DNA of 64,000 nt from Escherichia phage vB_EcoM_E9.1. The stretch is taken from sequence record PP886230; one strand, 5' to 3'. The notes under the pieces were generated by a model. The model searched no databases. It was given only the letters and a program-made list of their open reading frames with translations, and had not been told where the DNA came from. The position numbers and the translations under genes are program-made. Of this stretch, positions 39,763-48,925 are shown piece by piece. Position 1 is the stretch's first letter, and every line of letters begins with the position of its first letter.

Positions 39763-40938
39763 ATGTCACAACTACTAAATGAATCCAAATGGGTAGCAGT
39801 AAAAGAGAAACTAGTTGAAGGTCTACAGGGTACTCGTAAGTCTGTAATGGAAACTGTTCTTGATAACCATCGTAAAGTTATGCTAACTGAATCCGCAACT
39901 TCTGGTGCAACTACCGCTGGTAACATCGCTACTCTAAACAAAGTGATTCTACCAATTATGCGTCGTGTAATGCCAACCGTTATTGCTAACGAAATCATCG
40001 GTGTTCAACCAATGACTGGTCCAGTTGGTCAGATCCACACCCTACGTGTGCAATATGCTGATAACGCACCTGGTGTTATCGCTGGTGAAGAAATGCTTTC
40101 TCCATACAAAATCGCTAAATCCTACTCTGGTGATCTAAATGCGGATAATAGCAACCCACAAGCTGCTCCTACTAGCCAACTAGAAGGTACTATGGGTCGT
40201 CGCGTTAACATCCGTATTCTACGTGAAACTGTTGAAGCGAAATCTCGTCGTCTATCTGCACGTTGGACTGTTGAATCTGCACAAGATGCTCAATCCCAAC
40301 ATGGTGTTGACGTTGAAGCAGAACTAATGGCTGCAATCGCTCAAGAAGTTACCGTAGAAATCGACCAAGAGCTACTAAGCCGTCTACGTGCACTACCTGG
40401 TGCTGCTGCTGTAACTTATGACCAATCTAAAGTTACTGGTGTTGCAACCTTCGTTGGTGATGAGCACGCTGCTCTAGCAACTCTAATTAACCGTCAAGCA
40501 AACGAAGTTGCTCGTCGTACTAAGCGTGGTGCTGCAAACTGGGCTGTTGTTTCCCCAACTGCACTAACCATTCTACAATCTGCTACTACTTCTAGCTTTG
40601 CACGTACCACTGAAGGTACTTTCGAAGCACCAACTAACGTTAAGTTTGTAGGTACTCTAAACAGCACTATGCGTATTTTTGTTGATACTTATGCAAGTGA
40701 TGCAGAAGATATTCTAATTGGTTATAAAGGTAATGCAGAAACTGATGCTGGGGTGTTCTATTGCCCATACATCCCACTAATGGCTTCCGGTACTGTAATG
40801 GACCCTAACACTGGGGAACTCGTGACCACATTCCTTACCAGGTATGGTTATGTACAATTGACTGATAGTACTTCTTCTCTTGGTAACGCTGCTGACTACT
40901 ACAGCAAAATCGCTATCAAAAACGTTACTTTCATGTAA
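39763..40938 (+). CDS. 23: major capsid protein
   Basis: Follows protease and scaffold genes; late promoter and strong terminator; codon choice looks like a highly expressed gene. Sequence homology to T4 gp23 not verified. Confidence 0.65.
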   Translation: MSQLLNESKWVAVKEKLVEGLQGTRKSVMETVLDNHRKVMLTESATSGATTAGNIATLNKVILPIMRRVMPTVIANEIIGVQPMTGPVGQIHTLRVQYADNAPGVIAGEEMLSPYKIAKSYSGDLNADNSNPQAAPTSQLEGTMGRRVNIRILRETVEAKSRRLSARWTVESAQDAQSQHGVDVEAELMAAIAQEVTVEIDQELLSRLRALPGAAAVTYDQSKVTGVATFVGDEHAALATLINRQANEVARRTKRGAANWAVVSPTALTILQSATTSSFARTTEGTFEAPTNVKFVGTLNSTMRIFVDTYASDAEDILIGYKGNAETDAGVFYCPYIPLMASGTVMDPNTGELVTTFLTRYGYVQLTDSTSSLGNAADYYSKIAIKNVTFM

Positions 40939-40982
40939 TTGTAATAGATTTAAAAGATTTAATCAAGAAATTAAAAACAATA

Positions 40983-41010
40983 GGGACTCTTCGGAGTCCC
41001 TTTTCTTTTT
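40983..41010 (+). terminator. intrinsic terminator with UUCG tetraloop
   Basis: GGGACTC-ttcg-GAGTCCC followed by TTTTCTTTTT. Confidence 0.75.
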
Positions 41011-41013
41011 GTG

Positions 41014-41041
41014 TTGACACACCATCTTTTTTGTGTAATAA
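41014..41041 (+). promoter_or_regulatory. sigma70-like promoter for the accessory island
   Basis: TTGACA 41014-41019, 16-nt spacer, TG-TAATAA(T). Confidence 0.5.
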
Positions 41042-41076
41042 TACGCGTACATTATAAATGAAGAAGAGGAATTTTC

Positions 41077-41997
41077 ATGAAACCAAATGAAGAAAAATTT
41101 ATTAATACAGTGAATGAAAAGTACGGTACTGGTGTGTATTTGTTTGATAAAATGGTATATATTAATGCTCATAAACAGGTTGAACTTTATTGTGTAGAAG
41201 GTGGTCATTATTTCAAAATCACTCCTATGCAAATAGTCCGACCTTCTGCAAAAGGATGTAACATTTGTCAAAAAAACACAGCATACACGACTGAAACGTT
41301 TATTGAAAAAGTTAAAACCATCCATCCAACATTGTCATTTGAGAAAACTATCTACAAAAAACAAAGTGACAGTAATGGGCGAGTCATCGTTACGTGTCAT
41401 AATGATCCGAATGATGTGCATGATTGGATTGTATCTGCCAATACTTTGTTAAGAGGTAAATCAGGGTGTGGTGTTTGTTCTGGTAAAGGCGGGAGGACAT
41501 TGGAGCAATTTGTCAAAGAAGCAAAAAAAGTACATGGTGATGATTATGATTATTCTGAATCATGCTATACTGGTAGTGAAGAATATATGGATATGAAGTG
41601 TAATAATTGCAATGAAAAATTCAAACAACAGCCCAAAGCACACCTTTCAGGACGCGGGTGTCCTAACTGTGGTAAGTATGGATACCAACCATCAAAACCT
41701 GGATATTTCTATGTACAAAAACTAACTAACAATAACAAGACGGTGTACAAATATGGGATCACTGGTGATATGAAACGCCGTGTCAACGAACAAAGCCGCA
41801 ATTCTGAGTTCGAGCATGAAGTACTTATAGAACGCTACTTTGAAGATGGCAATCAACCATTACTGTTGGAAAAGTTCATAAAGAAATACATTGAAAGTGG
41901 TGTTGTAAGTACTGAAGAGTTACCGTCAGGATTTACTGAAACATTTGATGCTAAGTATCTTGAAAGTGTTTTAGAAATTGTAAATACTTTTAAGTAA
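41077..41997 (+). CDS. triple zinc-ribbon protein with C-terminal T5orf172 / GIY-YIG-like domain, 306 aa
   Basis: Three repeated modules each with a CxxC pair (KGCNICQKN, SGCGVCSGKG, MKCNNCNEK/GCPNCGKYG); C-terminal GYFYVQK...YKYGITGDMKRR resembles the GIY-YIG/T5orf172 fold. Confidence 0.5.
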   Translation: MKPNEEKFINTVNEKYGTGVYLFDKMVYINAHKQVELYCVEGGHYFKITPMQIVRPSAKGCNICQKNTAYTTETFIEKVKTIHPTLSFEKTIYKKQSDSNGRVIVTCHNDPNDVHDWIVSANTLLRGKSGCGVCSGKGGRTLEQFVKEAKKVHGDDYDYSESCYTGSEEYMDMKCNNCNEKFKQQPKAHLSGRGCPNCGKYGYQPSKPGYFYVQKLTNNNKTVYKYGITGDMKRRVNEQSRNSEFEHEVLIERYFEDGNQPLLLEKFIKKYIESGVVSTEELPSGFTETFDAKYLESVLEIVNTFK

Positions 41998-42020
41998 ACA
42001 ATCTAAAGGAGTTGACACGG

Positions 42021-42371
42021 ATGTTAACTGTATACAAATTTAACAAAGAAGAGTACTTAAAGAGTCAGTACTCAAATATAGAAATAAATGTTCCTTATGG
42101 TACGTTAGTTGGATATGATGAAGCCACTGAAACATTGTATTATAATGATGATAGATTGGATTATAGTTTAGATTCTTTCATAGAAGATATACTTAATACA
42201 CATACTGAAGATATGTTGTATGAAGAATACATAGATCATTATAGAGAACGTATGTCGGTGCTGCATTCTGATGCTCCTGTACTAAACATAGCACAAGAAC
42301 CATCGGAATTTCAGCCACATAATCCTTTTCAACGTTTAATTGATATTGGTTTAAAATTCACTATTAGTTGA
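42021..42371 (+). CDS. hypothetical protein, about 116 aa
   Basis: Track start is a TTG at 42012; ATG 42021 has an AAGGAG SD. Confidence 0.5.
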   Translation: MLTVYKFNKEEYLKSQYSNIEINVPYGTLVGYDEATETLYYNDDRLDYSLDSFIEDILNTHTEDMLYEEYIDHYRERMSVLHSDAPVLNIAQEPSEFQPHNPFQRLIDIGLKFTIS

Positions 42372-42374
42372 TAG

Positions 42375-42403
42375 ATAAATATCTCCATATTAATGATGGA
42401 GAT
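42375..42403 (+). promoter_or_regulatory. late promoter core followed by an 8-bp hairpin that sequesters the downstream SD
   Basis: ATAAATA at 42375-42381; ATCTCCAT (42381-42388) pairs perfectly with ATGGAGAT (42396-42403), which contains the GGAG SD for ATG 42411. Confidence 0.45.
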
Positions 42404-42410
42404 TGAATCT

Positions 42411-42719
42411 ATGTCACAGATATGTTATGTTATAATAAACTCTGCATGGCCTGACTATGTTAAGATTGGTTTCACTTCTAAATCTGAAATGACAGAGCGT
42501 TTGAGAACGTATCAGACAGCTACCCCGTTTCGTGATTTTGAAGTTTATCATGAAGTTCACTTTGAAGACGCACGTTTAGCTGAAAAAGAGATACATAAAA
42601 GGCTTAAACAAATGAATGCAACTAGACAACCAAACACAGAGTGGTTTAAAATGTCTAAAAAGATAGCAGCAAACATCATTGATTCTGTGTGGGATGATAT
42701 GGATAACGACTTGCTATAG
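42411..42719 (+). CDS. T5orf172 / GIY-YIG-like domain protein, about 102 aa
   Basis: CYVIINSAWPDYVKIGFTS...R...TEWF pattern; track ATG at 42393 lies in the hairpin loop and has no SD. Confidence 0.5.
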   Translation: MSQICYVIINSAWPDYVKIGFTSKSEMTERLRTYQTATPFRDFEVYHEVHFEDARLAEKEIHKRLKQMNATRQPNTEWFKMSKKIAANIIDSVWDDMDNDLL

Positions 42720-42759
42720 GAATAAATATAGTATATATTAATCATAAAGGGATTTATAC

Positions 42760-44370
42760 ATGAGCATAAGTTTTAATAACCCATTGGATACAATGACCAG
42801 TACTGGTGCTAATGGATCTTTAGAACTAATAGTGCTTGGTGGTACACCAACTAACCCAAGACCTATTCGTTTTAATTCGTCATCAGTTATTATACCAGTA
42901 CAAACGTTACCTACTGGTGAACAAGGTGCAATGGTTTTTGATCGAAACGAATTAGTTTTGAAGTATCATAACGGTACAAGTTGGATTGCAGTATATGATA
43001 CTGATACTATTTTGGAACCAATTAGAATTTCATTAGATGAAGTAAACAGAAAATTAAATTTAAAAGTAGAAAGTGTAACATACAGTAGTAGTACTGTTCC
43101 TAGTGCAAGTATTAGTGGAACAAACTTAAACATTGTATTCCCTACTGCTTCTAGTGGTGGTTCTGGTCCAACTGGTCTTTACACTTCACTTAAACCTGGT
43201 GCTATTACACAATATTCATTGACTTCTGGTCAATCTGTTGCTAGTATACGTGAACAAATGTCAGGGCAATCGAATGGACAAAGTGGACGAAACGGTTCAC
43301 AAGGTGCTCCGTGGAAAACGTCTGACGGTTGGTGTTTTGCTGATGGTATGTGGTGGCAATGGGAGGGGGAAAATGGTACAATTACCAAACAAGTACCAAA
43401 CCTTAACCAAAACGCGTATTTAAAAGGTATAACAACATCAGGTGTAACTAAAACTGATAGTGTTATTGGTAGTAGTGGTAACATTAGTGGAACTGTATTG
43501 AGTGTTGCCCAGTTACCATCACACTCATTTAGTTTTAGTGGAACCACTGGTGCTGCTGGTCGTCATGGTCATAGTCAAGCACTAAAAGGTATGGACCGTA
43601 GTGGTCTAAATGCGTTAACTTCAAGTAATGATAACGGTATACCAACTGTAATCAATAACATTAACGAAGCACCAGACCACATTCACTCATTTAGTGGAAA
43701 CACTAACACACTTGGTGGAAACCAACCACACTATCATGGTATTAGCAACATTGATGTGGAACACTTTAACGTTGCATACCTATATAACATTGCTGAATCT
43801 AACGTCGCATTGAGTGAAAAAGTTGCAAACACTCGTTATGTACTAAAAACTGGTGATACAATGACTGGTTCATTGACTATTGCAAACAGTGCGTCAATTA
43901 AGTCAAATGATACATCATTAGTTCTATATTTCCGTAACGCAAGCGGTGGTGAGCGTGCGGCAGTGTATCATAACTCTTCAAATAATACATTGAGATTACG
44001 TTCCGGTGGAGCAGAAGTTACTGTAAACTCTTCTGGTACTTTAGCTGCTCCATCATTAACTGTTTCTAACAACTCAGCTACTGTTGGTGGTAAAAATATT
44101 GTTCGTTCAATTAACGGTACTGCTGCTGATGCTAGTGGCAACGTTACTTTGCAAATTAGTACTAATAACGTACAAAGTATTCGTTTGAGTGCACGTATTG
44201 AAACAAGTAAAATACCTGATTCTTCATGGACATATACACCAGAAGGTGCATTTATGGATGGCGTATGGATTTCTGTTAATGGTAGTTCAGGCACTCACTT
44301 AGAACGAATTAGTTATCGCTATGTTCAAATGCAAATAAATGGTAACTGGGAAACAGTACGTCAACAATAA
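42760..44370 (+). CDS. tail fibre protein, 536 aa
   Basis: KTGDTMTGSLTI and Ser/Thr/Asn/Gly-rich repeats typical of tail fibre distal regions; followed by an assembly chaperone gene. Confidence 0.65.
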   Translation: MSISFNNPLDTMTSTGANGSLELIVLGGTPTNPRPIRFNSSSVIIPVQTLPTGEQGAMVFDRNELVLKYHNGTSWIAVYDTDTILEPIRISLDEVNRKLNLKVESVTYSSSTVPSASISGTNLNIVFPTASSGGSGPTGLYTSLKPGAITQYSLTSGQSVASIREQMSGQSNGQSGRNGSQGAPWKTSDGWCFADGMWWQWEGENGTITKQVPNLNQNAYLKGITTSGVTKTDSVIGSSGNISGTVLSVAQLPSHSFSFSGTTGAAGRHGHSQALKGMDRSGLNALTSSNDNGIPTVINNINEAPDHIHSFSGNTNTLGGNQPHYHGISNIDVEHFNVAYLYNIAESNVALSEKVANTRYVLKTGDTMTGSLTIANSASIKSNDTSLVLYFRNASGGERAAVYHNSSNNTLRLRSGGAEVTVNSSGTLAAPSLTVSNNSATVGGKNIVRSINGTAADASGNVTLQISTNNVQSIRLSARIETSKIPDSSWTYTPEGAFMDGVWISVNGSSGTHLERISYRYVQMQINGNWETVRQQ

Positions 44371-44380
44371 GGAATGTGTA

Positions 44381-44896
44381 ATGCAACTAACAAATTTTAA
44401 GATGTATGAAAAAGAAGGTGGTAATCCTAATTCTTTGTATATGATGTCCGATGAAGGTATGGATTGGTATGAATCTCGTGAATTGTTTGACATTAATAAA
44501 GCAAAATTTATGTATGATATTAACGGTTTAATTGTTTCAGCATCATATAACATTTATGATCTAGTACCTTTAGGTTTTAGTGTTTCTGAAATTGAATATG
44601 ATGGTGATATTAACAAACTTTATGGTATGGTTTACGATGGAAATACTATTCATGACTATATTGAAACTAAAGAAGAAAAAATTGAACGCCTAAAAAATGA
44701 ATTATCTAATTTGAAATACATTGCAATTCAAGAACTTGGACACTTAAAAACGGCTATGGATCTTGAGTTAGCAACTGATGAAGAAGCTGTATTGTTTGTG
44801 AAATTGAAAGATTATGTAACGCAATTGAATTCAATCAAACCAGCAGACATGATCAAGAAAACATTTTCATTTCCAGTTAAACCGGAAAAAAAATGA
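44381..44896 (+). CDS. tail fibre assembly chaperone (Tfa-like)
   Basis: C-terminal AMDLELATDEEAVLFVKLKDYVTQLNSIK aligns with the lambda Tfa [29 protein letters not shown] region as recalled; ATG 44381 has an AAGGAA SD. Confidence 0.75.
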   Translation: MQLTNFKMYEKEGGNPNSLYMMSDEGMDWYESRELFDINKAKFMYDINGLIVSASYNIYDLVPLGFSVSEIEYDGDINKLYGMVYDGNTIHDYIETKEEKIERLKNELSNLKYIAIQELGHLKTAMDLELATDEEAVLFVKLKDYVTQLNSIKPADMIKKTFSFPVKPEKK

Positions 44897-44925
44897 GACA
44901 ACACGTAAAGACGTGATACAATTAA

Positions 44926-44961
44926 GTCATCTCACCGATTGTGGTGAGGTGACATTTTTTT
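44926..44961 (+). terminator. intrinsic terminator (11-bp stem, T7)
   Basis: GTCATCTCACC-gattgt-GGTGAGGTGAC followed by ATTTTTTT; a GAGACA-N16-TGaTACAAT promoter-like element lies at 44895-44922. Confidence 0.65.
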
Positions 44962-44986
44962 GAAAACACACATGGAGAAATACAAA

Positions 44987-45289
44987 ATGGCTAAATCTAA
45001 AAAAGAAGTTAAAGTTGAAATTCGTGATCTAAACGATGAACAACGTAAACGTCTCGGTGACGCACTTAACAACATTGTTGTACAACTAACTTTCATTGAT
45101 GATACCAAAGCATCCTTATCTGATTTTGTTTCTAGTGTTTCTGATGAACTTGGTATCGATGCATCTGATATCAAACAAGCTGCACAACGTATGTACAAAG
45201 GTGATTACTTTGACAAACAAAATAAACTCGATAATATCGAAACTATTCTTAGTGTTACTAATAATCTTCCACAAGCAGATGATTACTAA
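44987..45289 (+). CDS. hypothetical protein, about 100 aa
   Basis: ATG 44987 has a GGAG SD; track start at 44960 is a TTG. Confidence 0.5.
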   Translation: MAKSKKEVKVEIRDLNDEQRKRLGDALNNIVVQLTFIDDTKASLSDFVSSVSDELGIDASDIKQAAQRMYKGDYFDKQNKLDNIETILSVTNNLPQADDY

Positions 45290-45311
45290 TTAGTACTAAA
45301 ATATATTAAAT

Positions 45312-45339
45312 AGCCTCCAATGACGGAGGCTTTCTTTTT
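45312..45339 (+). terminator. intrinsic terminator upstream of the polymerase gene
   Basis: AGCCTCC-aatgac-GGAGGCT followed by TTCTTTTT; about 30 nt before the polymerase start. Confidence 0.6.
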
Positions 45340-45368
45340 AACTTAATAAACGTAAGGGAATACAAACG

Positions 45369-48300
45369 ATGTATATCGATGCTTATATGGAACGTAAACG
45401 TACTGGTGATATTCTTCATGTAGTTGAACGTAAGAATGGTAAACGTATTCTACGCGAATTAGATCCAGTATATGAATATTATGTTGAATCCCCACAAGGA
45501 ACACATAAAACTGTTTATGGTACAATGGCTAAACATTTTGAGTTTCAAACTCAAGCTCAAATGAATAAAAGTGTAGAGCAACACAAAAGTGAAGGTCTAC
45601 GTATTTTTGAAAGTGATTGTAACATTACATTTAAAACATTAGCTAAAGAATATATGGGAAAAGGTTCACCCGATTTGAACATCGTGTTCTTCGATATCGA
45701 GACTGATTTCCATAAGAAATTTGGTTATGCTCCACCATCAGACCCGTTTAACCGAGTAACCGCTATTTCTCTATATCAATCATGGACTGGAAAGGATTAT
45801 GTACTTACTTTACCACCTGCTGATATGGAAATTTATGAAGCACAAGATATTGTTCGCCAACTAAATGAAGAAACAAACGATCCTAACAGTACTGTAATTT
45901 TATATACAGACGAAAAGGAAATGTTTATGGAATTCTTTAGTTTAATTGATGATTCTGATGTTATTTCAGGATGGAATAGTGAATTCTTTGATATTCCATA
46001 TATGATCAATCGAACTAAAAAAATCTTCAATGAAGCAACAACTGCTCGTTGGTGTTTATGGAATAAAAAACCAAATTCACGTGAAGCAGACAACTTTGGT
46101 AAAACTGTTCAAACATATGATCTGGTAGGTCGCGTCCATCTTGATTATTTGGCTTTGTATAAGAAACATGCTGGTCAAGTTGAACAATCTTATAAACTAG
46201 ATTATATTGCTGAAAAAGTAACTAAAGAAAATAAAGTATCCTATGAAGGTTCATTGGATAAACTTTACAGAGAGGATTACATTACTTTCTTGCGTTATTC
46301 TAAACAGGATAGTATTCTTCTTAAAAAGATTGATGCTAAATGTGACTATATCAACCTACACAATCGACTTGCACACAAAGAATGTGTACTTATCAGTACA
46401 ACAATGGGTTCAGTAGCACTAATCGACACTGCTATTATCAACTTAGCACATACTCGTGGTGAAGTTGTTTTCAACAAAGCACCGAAAGATGATCTTGAGT
46501 TTGATCCAGAAATGGAATATTATGGTGAAGATGGTGAAGAAGAAGATGAGAAAATTAGTGCAAAAGCAGCAGGTGCATGGGTACAAGATCCAGTACTAGG
46601 ACTTGTAAGTGACCTTGGGTGTACTGACTTTAACTCTCTTTACCCTACTGTTCTACGTACTTTGGGTATGAGTACTGAATGTATTCTTGGTCAATTACGT
46701 CAAGATTACACCGATGCGTATCTTGCAGCTAAAATCCAAGAACAGAAGAACAAATCTAAATCTAAATCATTTGAACCAGATTGGACTGCGGCATGGCATG
46801 GTTTATTTGCTGCTGTTGAATTTACAATGGTTCATGAAAAGTCAGAAGAAACATTGATTGTTGATTTAGAAGATGGGAGTTCTTTTAAAGCAACGGGCAA
46901 AGAGCTATATGATATTATTTTTGCAGAAGATAGTACTATTGTACTTAGTGCAAACGGAACACTTTTTGATAAGTCTAAGTCTGGTGTAATTCCTGACATT
47001 CTAACTCAATGGTATTCTGAACGTAAAGCACAGCAAAAAATGGTCATTGACTACAAACATATGTATACTGATGGTTGGGAGTTTAATGGCTATGAAAAAG
47101 TCGAACCACTACTATCAAACTATACCCCTGGTACAATGTTTAGAACTAATATTCATGATAATGATCCTGTATACTTACTTCGTAAAGAAATTGGTAAAGG
47201 ACAGTGGGATGAAGTTGCTAAGTTGATTGTAGAAAACGGATTAGTACTAAAAGATGGTCGTATTTTCTGTCCTAAAGAAGAAAAAGATTACTTCAAACAA
47301 CGTAGTGCTTTCTGGAAACAGAACCAACAGATTCGTAAGATTCTTCTAAACAGTCTATATGGTGCACTATTGAACAAAGGTTCTCGTTTTTTTGACAAAC
47401 GTTTAGGTCAATCCGTAACATTAACTGGACGTTCTATGACCAAACATATGGCAAGTCGTATCAATGAAATTACTACTGGTGTATATAACCACCAAGGTGG
47501 TTCAGTAATTTATGGTGATACTGACTCAGTTTACTTTAGTGTAACTCATTATCTGAAAGAACAAGGTATTCCATATAATCTATCTAAAGAAGAGATTGTT
47601 GATATGTATATTAAAATTGGTGAAGAAGTTGGTGAATCTTTCCCATCATTTATGCATGAGATGTTCAACACTGGTATTGAAAAAGGTAAGATTGTTGGTG
47701 CAGACCTTGAGATGGTTGGTTCGCGTGGCCTATTCTTGAAGAAAAAACGTTATGCAATTCTGAAGTACTGGGAAGATGGGTTCCGTAAAGATATTGATGG
47801 TAAACCAGGTGAAATCAAAGCGATGGGTCTTGAAATTAAACGCTCAGACACGCCAAAATACATCCAGAACTTCCTAGAAGAGACTCTAATCGCATTACTG
47901 GTAGGTGAGAGTGAACAACAGCTAAAACAGCGTGTACGTGAGTTTAAGGACGTATTTAAGGATATGCCTGTACATGAAAAAGGTTCACCAAAAACTGTAA
48001 AAAACTACACTAATTTAGAGGCTGAATATCAGCTAACTGGTAAGTGTAAAGTTGGTCACGTTCTTGCTGGTATCCAATGGAACCGTCTACGTGAAGTTTA
48101 TGATGATAAATCTGTTCCAGAAGTAACAGATGGAACAAAAGTAATTGTCTGTAACTTAAAAGATAATCCTATGGGAATTAAAGCAGTTGGTTATCCAATT
48201 GACTGTGTTGAGTATCTTCCAGAATGGTTCTTGGAACTACCATTTGATACTGAAAAAATGGAAGAGATTGTTCTAACTAAAAAATTAGAGAATATTTTTG

Positions 48301-48374
48301 GTATTTTGGATATGGATATTGGTATTCATGAAAAAAGTACTGCGTCAGTAAACAATGGATTCTTCACTTGGTAA
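45369..48374 (+). CDS. 43: family B DNA polymerase with 3'-5' exonuclease domain, gp43-like
   Basis: Exo I FDIETD, motif A KILLNSLYGALLN, motif C IYGDTDSVYF. Confidence 0.9.
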   Translation: MYIDAYMERKRTGDILHVVERKNGKRILRELDPVYEYYVESPQGTHKTVYGTMAKHFEFQTQAQMNKSVEQHKSEGLRIFESDCNITFKTLAKEYMGKGSPDLNIVFFDIETDFHKKFGYAPPSDPFNRVTAISLYQSWTGKDYVLTLPPADMEIYEAQDIVRQLNEETNDPNSTVILYTDEKEMFMEFFSLIDDSDVISGWNSEFFDIPYMINRTKKIFNEATTARWCLWNKKPNSREADNFGKTVQTYDLVGRVHLDYLALYKKHAGQVEQSYKLDYIAEKVTKENKVSYEGSLDKLYREDYITFLRYSKQDSILLKKIDAKCDYINLHNRLAHKECVLISTTMGSVALIDTAIINLAHTRGEVVFNKAPKDDLEFDPEMEYYGEDGEEEDEKISAKAAGAWVQDPVLGLVSDLGCTDFNSLYPTVLRTLGMSTECILGQLRQDYTDAYLAAKIQEQKNKSKSKSFEPDWTAAWHGLFAAVEFTMVHEKSEETLIVDLEDGSSFKATGKELYDIIFAEDSTIVLSANGTLFDKSKSGVIPDILTQWYSERKAQQKMVIDYKHMYTDGWEFNGYEKVEPLLSNYTPGTMFRTNIHDNDPVYLLRKEIGKGQWDEVAKLIVENGLVLKDGRIFCPKEEKDYFKQRSAFWKQNQQIRKILLNSLYGALLNKGSRFFDKRLGQSVTLTGRSMTKHMASRINEITTGVYNHQGGSVIYGDTDSVYFSVTHYLKEQGIPYNLSKEEIVDMYIKIGEEVGESFPSFMHEMFNTGIEKGKIVGADLEMVGSRGLFLKKKRYAILKYWEDGFRKDIDGKPGEIKAMGLEIKRSDTPKYIQNFLEETLIALLVGESEQQLKQRVREFKDVFKDMPVHEKGSPKTVKNYTNLEAEYQLTGKCKVGHVLAGIQWNRLREVYDDKSVPEVTDGTKVIVCNLKDNPMGIKAVGYPIDCVEYLPEWFLELPFDTEKMEEIVLTKKLENIFGILDMDIGIHEKSTASVNNGFFTW

Positions 48375-48385
48375 GGAGTAATAAT

Positions 48386-48535
48386 ATGGTTATTGTAAAT
48401 GAAATTGAACTAAACTATGACGAAGTAAACGATACTTTCACTAATGAGATGTTGAATCTTACTGAAGAAAGTGTAAATGAGGCATGGGAAAAATATGTAG
48501 AATGGACTTCATTACAAGGTAAAAATGATGAGTAA
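48386..48535 (+). CDS. possible small ORF, 49 aa (not in the track)
   Basis: ATG 48386 with AAGGAG SD straight after the polymerase stop; hand translation MVIVNEIELNYDEVNDTFTNEMLNLTEESVNEAWEKYVEWTSLQGKNDE. Confidence 0.3.
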   Translation: MVIVNEIELNYDEVNDTFTNEMLNLTEESVNEAWEKYVEWTSLQGKNDE

Positions 48536-48824
48536 TATATATAAGCGTATTGGTGAAGTATTAGAAGGTAATGGTATCATTAATTCTGTACTAGCATATG
48601 ATAATGATGAAGAAGTAGTTCTAATTGGTGCGGGTTTTACTCGCACTGGTTCAGTGGAAGTTGACGGAGAGATTGCTGATGTTTACACTCTTGTGAAAAA
48701 GCGTAAAGTTGTTTTTGTCGATGATGTACATACATTAAAAGACTTGAAAAAATTACGAGATAAAATTGGCATGAGTTCTACAATTGATAAGCCTTATCTT
48801 CAACGTTGGAATACAAAATACTGA
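48525..48824 (+). CDS. hypothetical protein, 99 aa
   Basis: Track ORF only. Confidence 0.45.
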   Translation: MMSNIYKRIGEVLEGNGIINSVLAYDNDEEVVLIGAGFTRTGSVEVDGEIADVYTLVKKRKVVFVDDVHTLKDLKKLRDKIGMSSTIDKPYLQRWNTKY

Positions 48825-48834
48825 TAAAAAATTG

Positions 48835-48861
48835 AGACAAGCATCATTTTTGAGATATAAT
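48835..48861 (+). promoter_or_regulatory. early sigma70-like promoter (GAGACA-N15-TATAAT)
   Basis: GAGACA 48835-48840 and TATAAT 48856-48861. Confidence 0.45.
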
Positions 48862-48925
48862 GGTGCTTGTAGTAATCTTACATAAAAACATTTTTTGATT
48901 AACAAATAAAACGGAGAATTATATA

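Noticed and set aside
45312-45368. Hairpin before the polymerase gene as a gp43 translational operator
   Set aside because: T4 gp43 autoregulates through a hairpin next to its SD, but here the hairpin is followed by a T-run and sits about 20 nt from the SD, so a plain terminator is the simpler reading.
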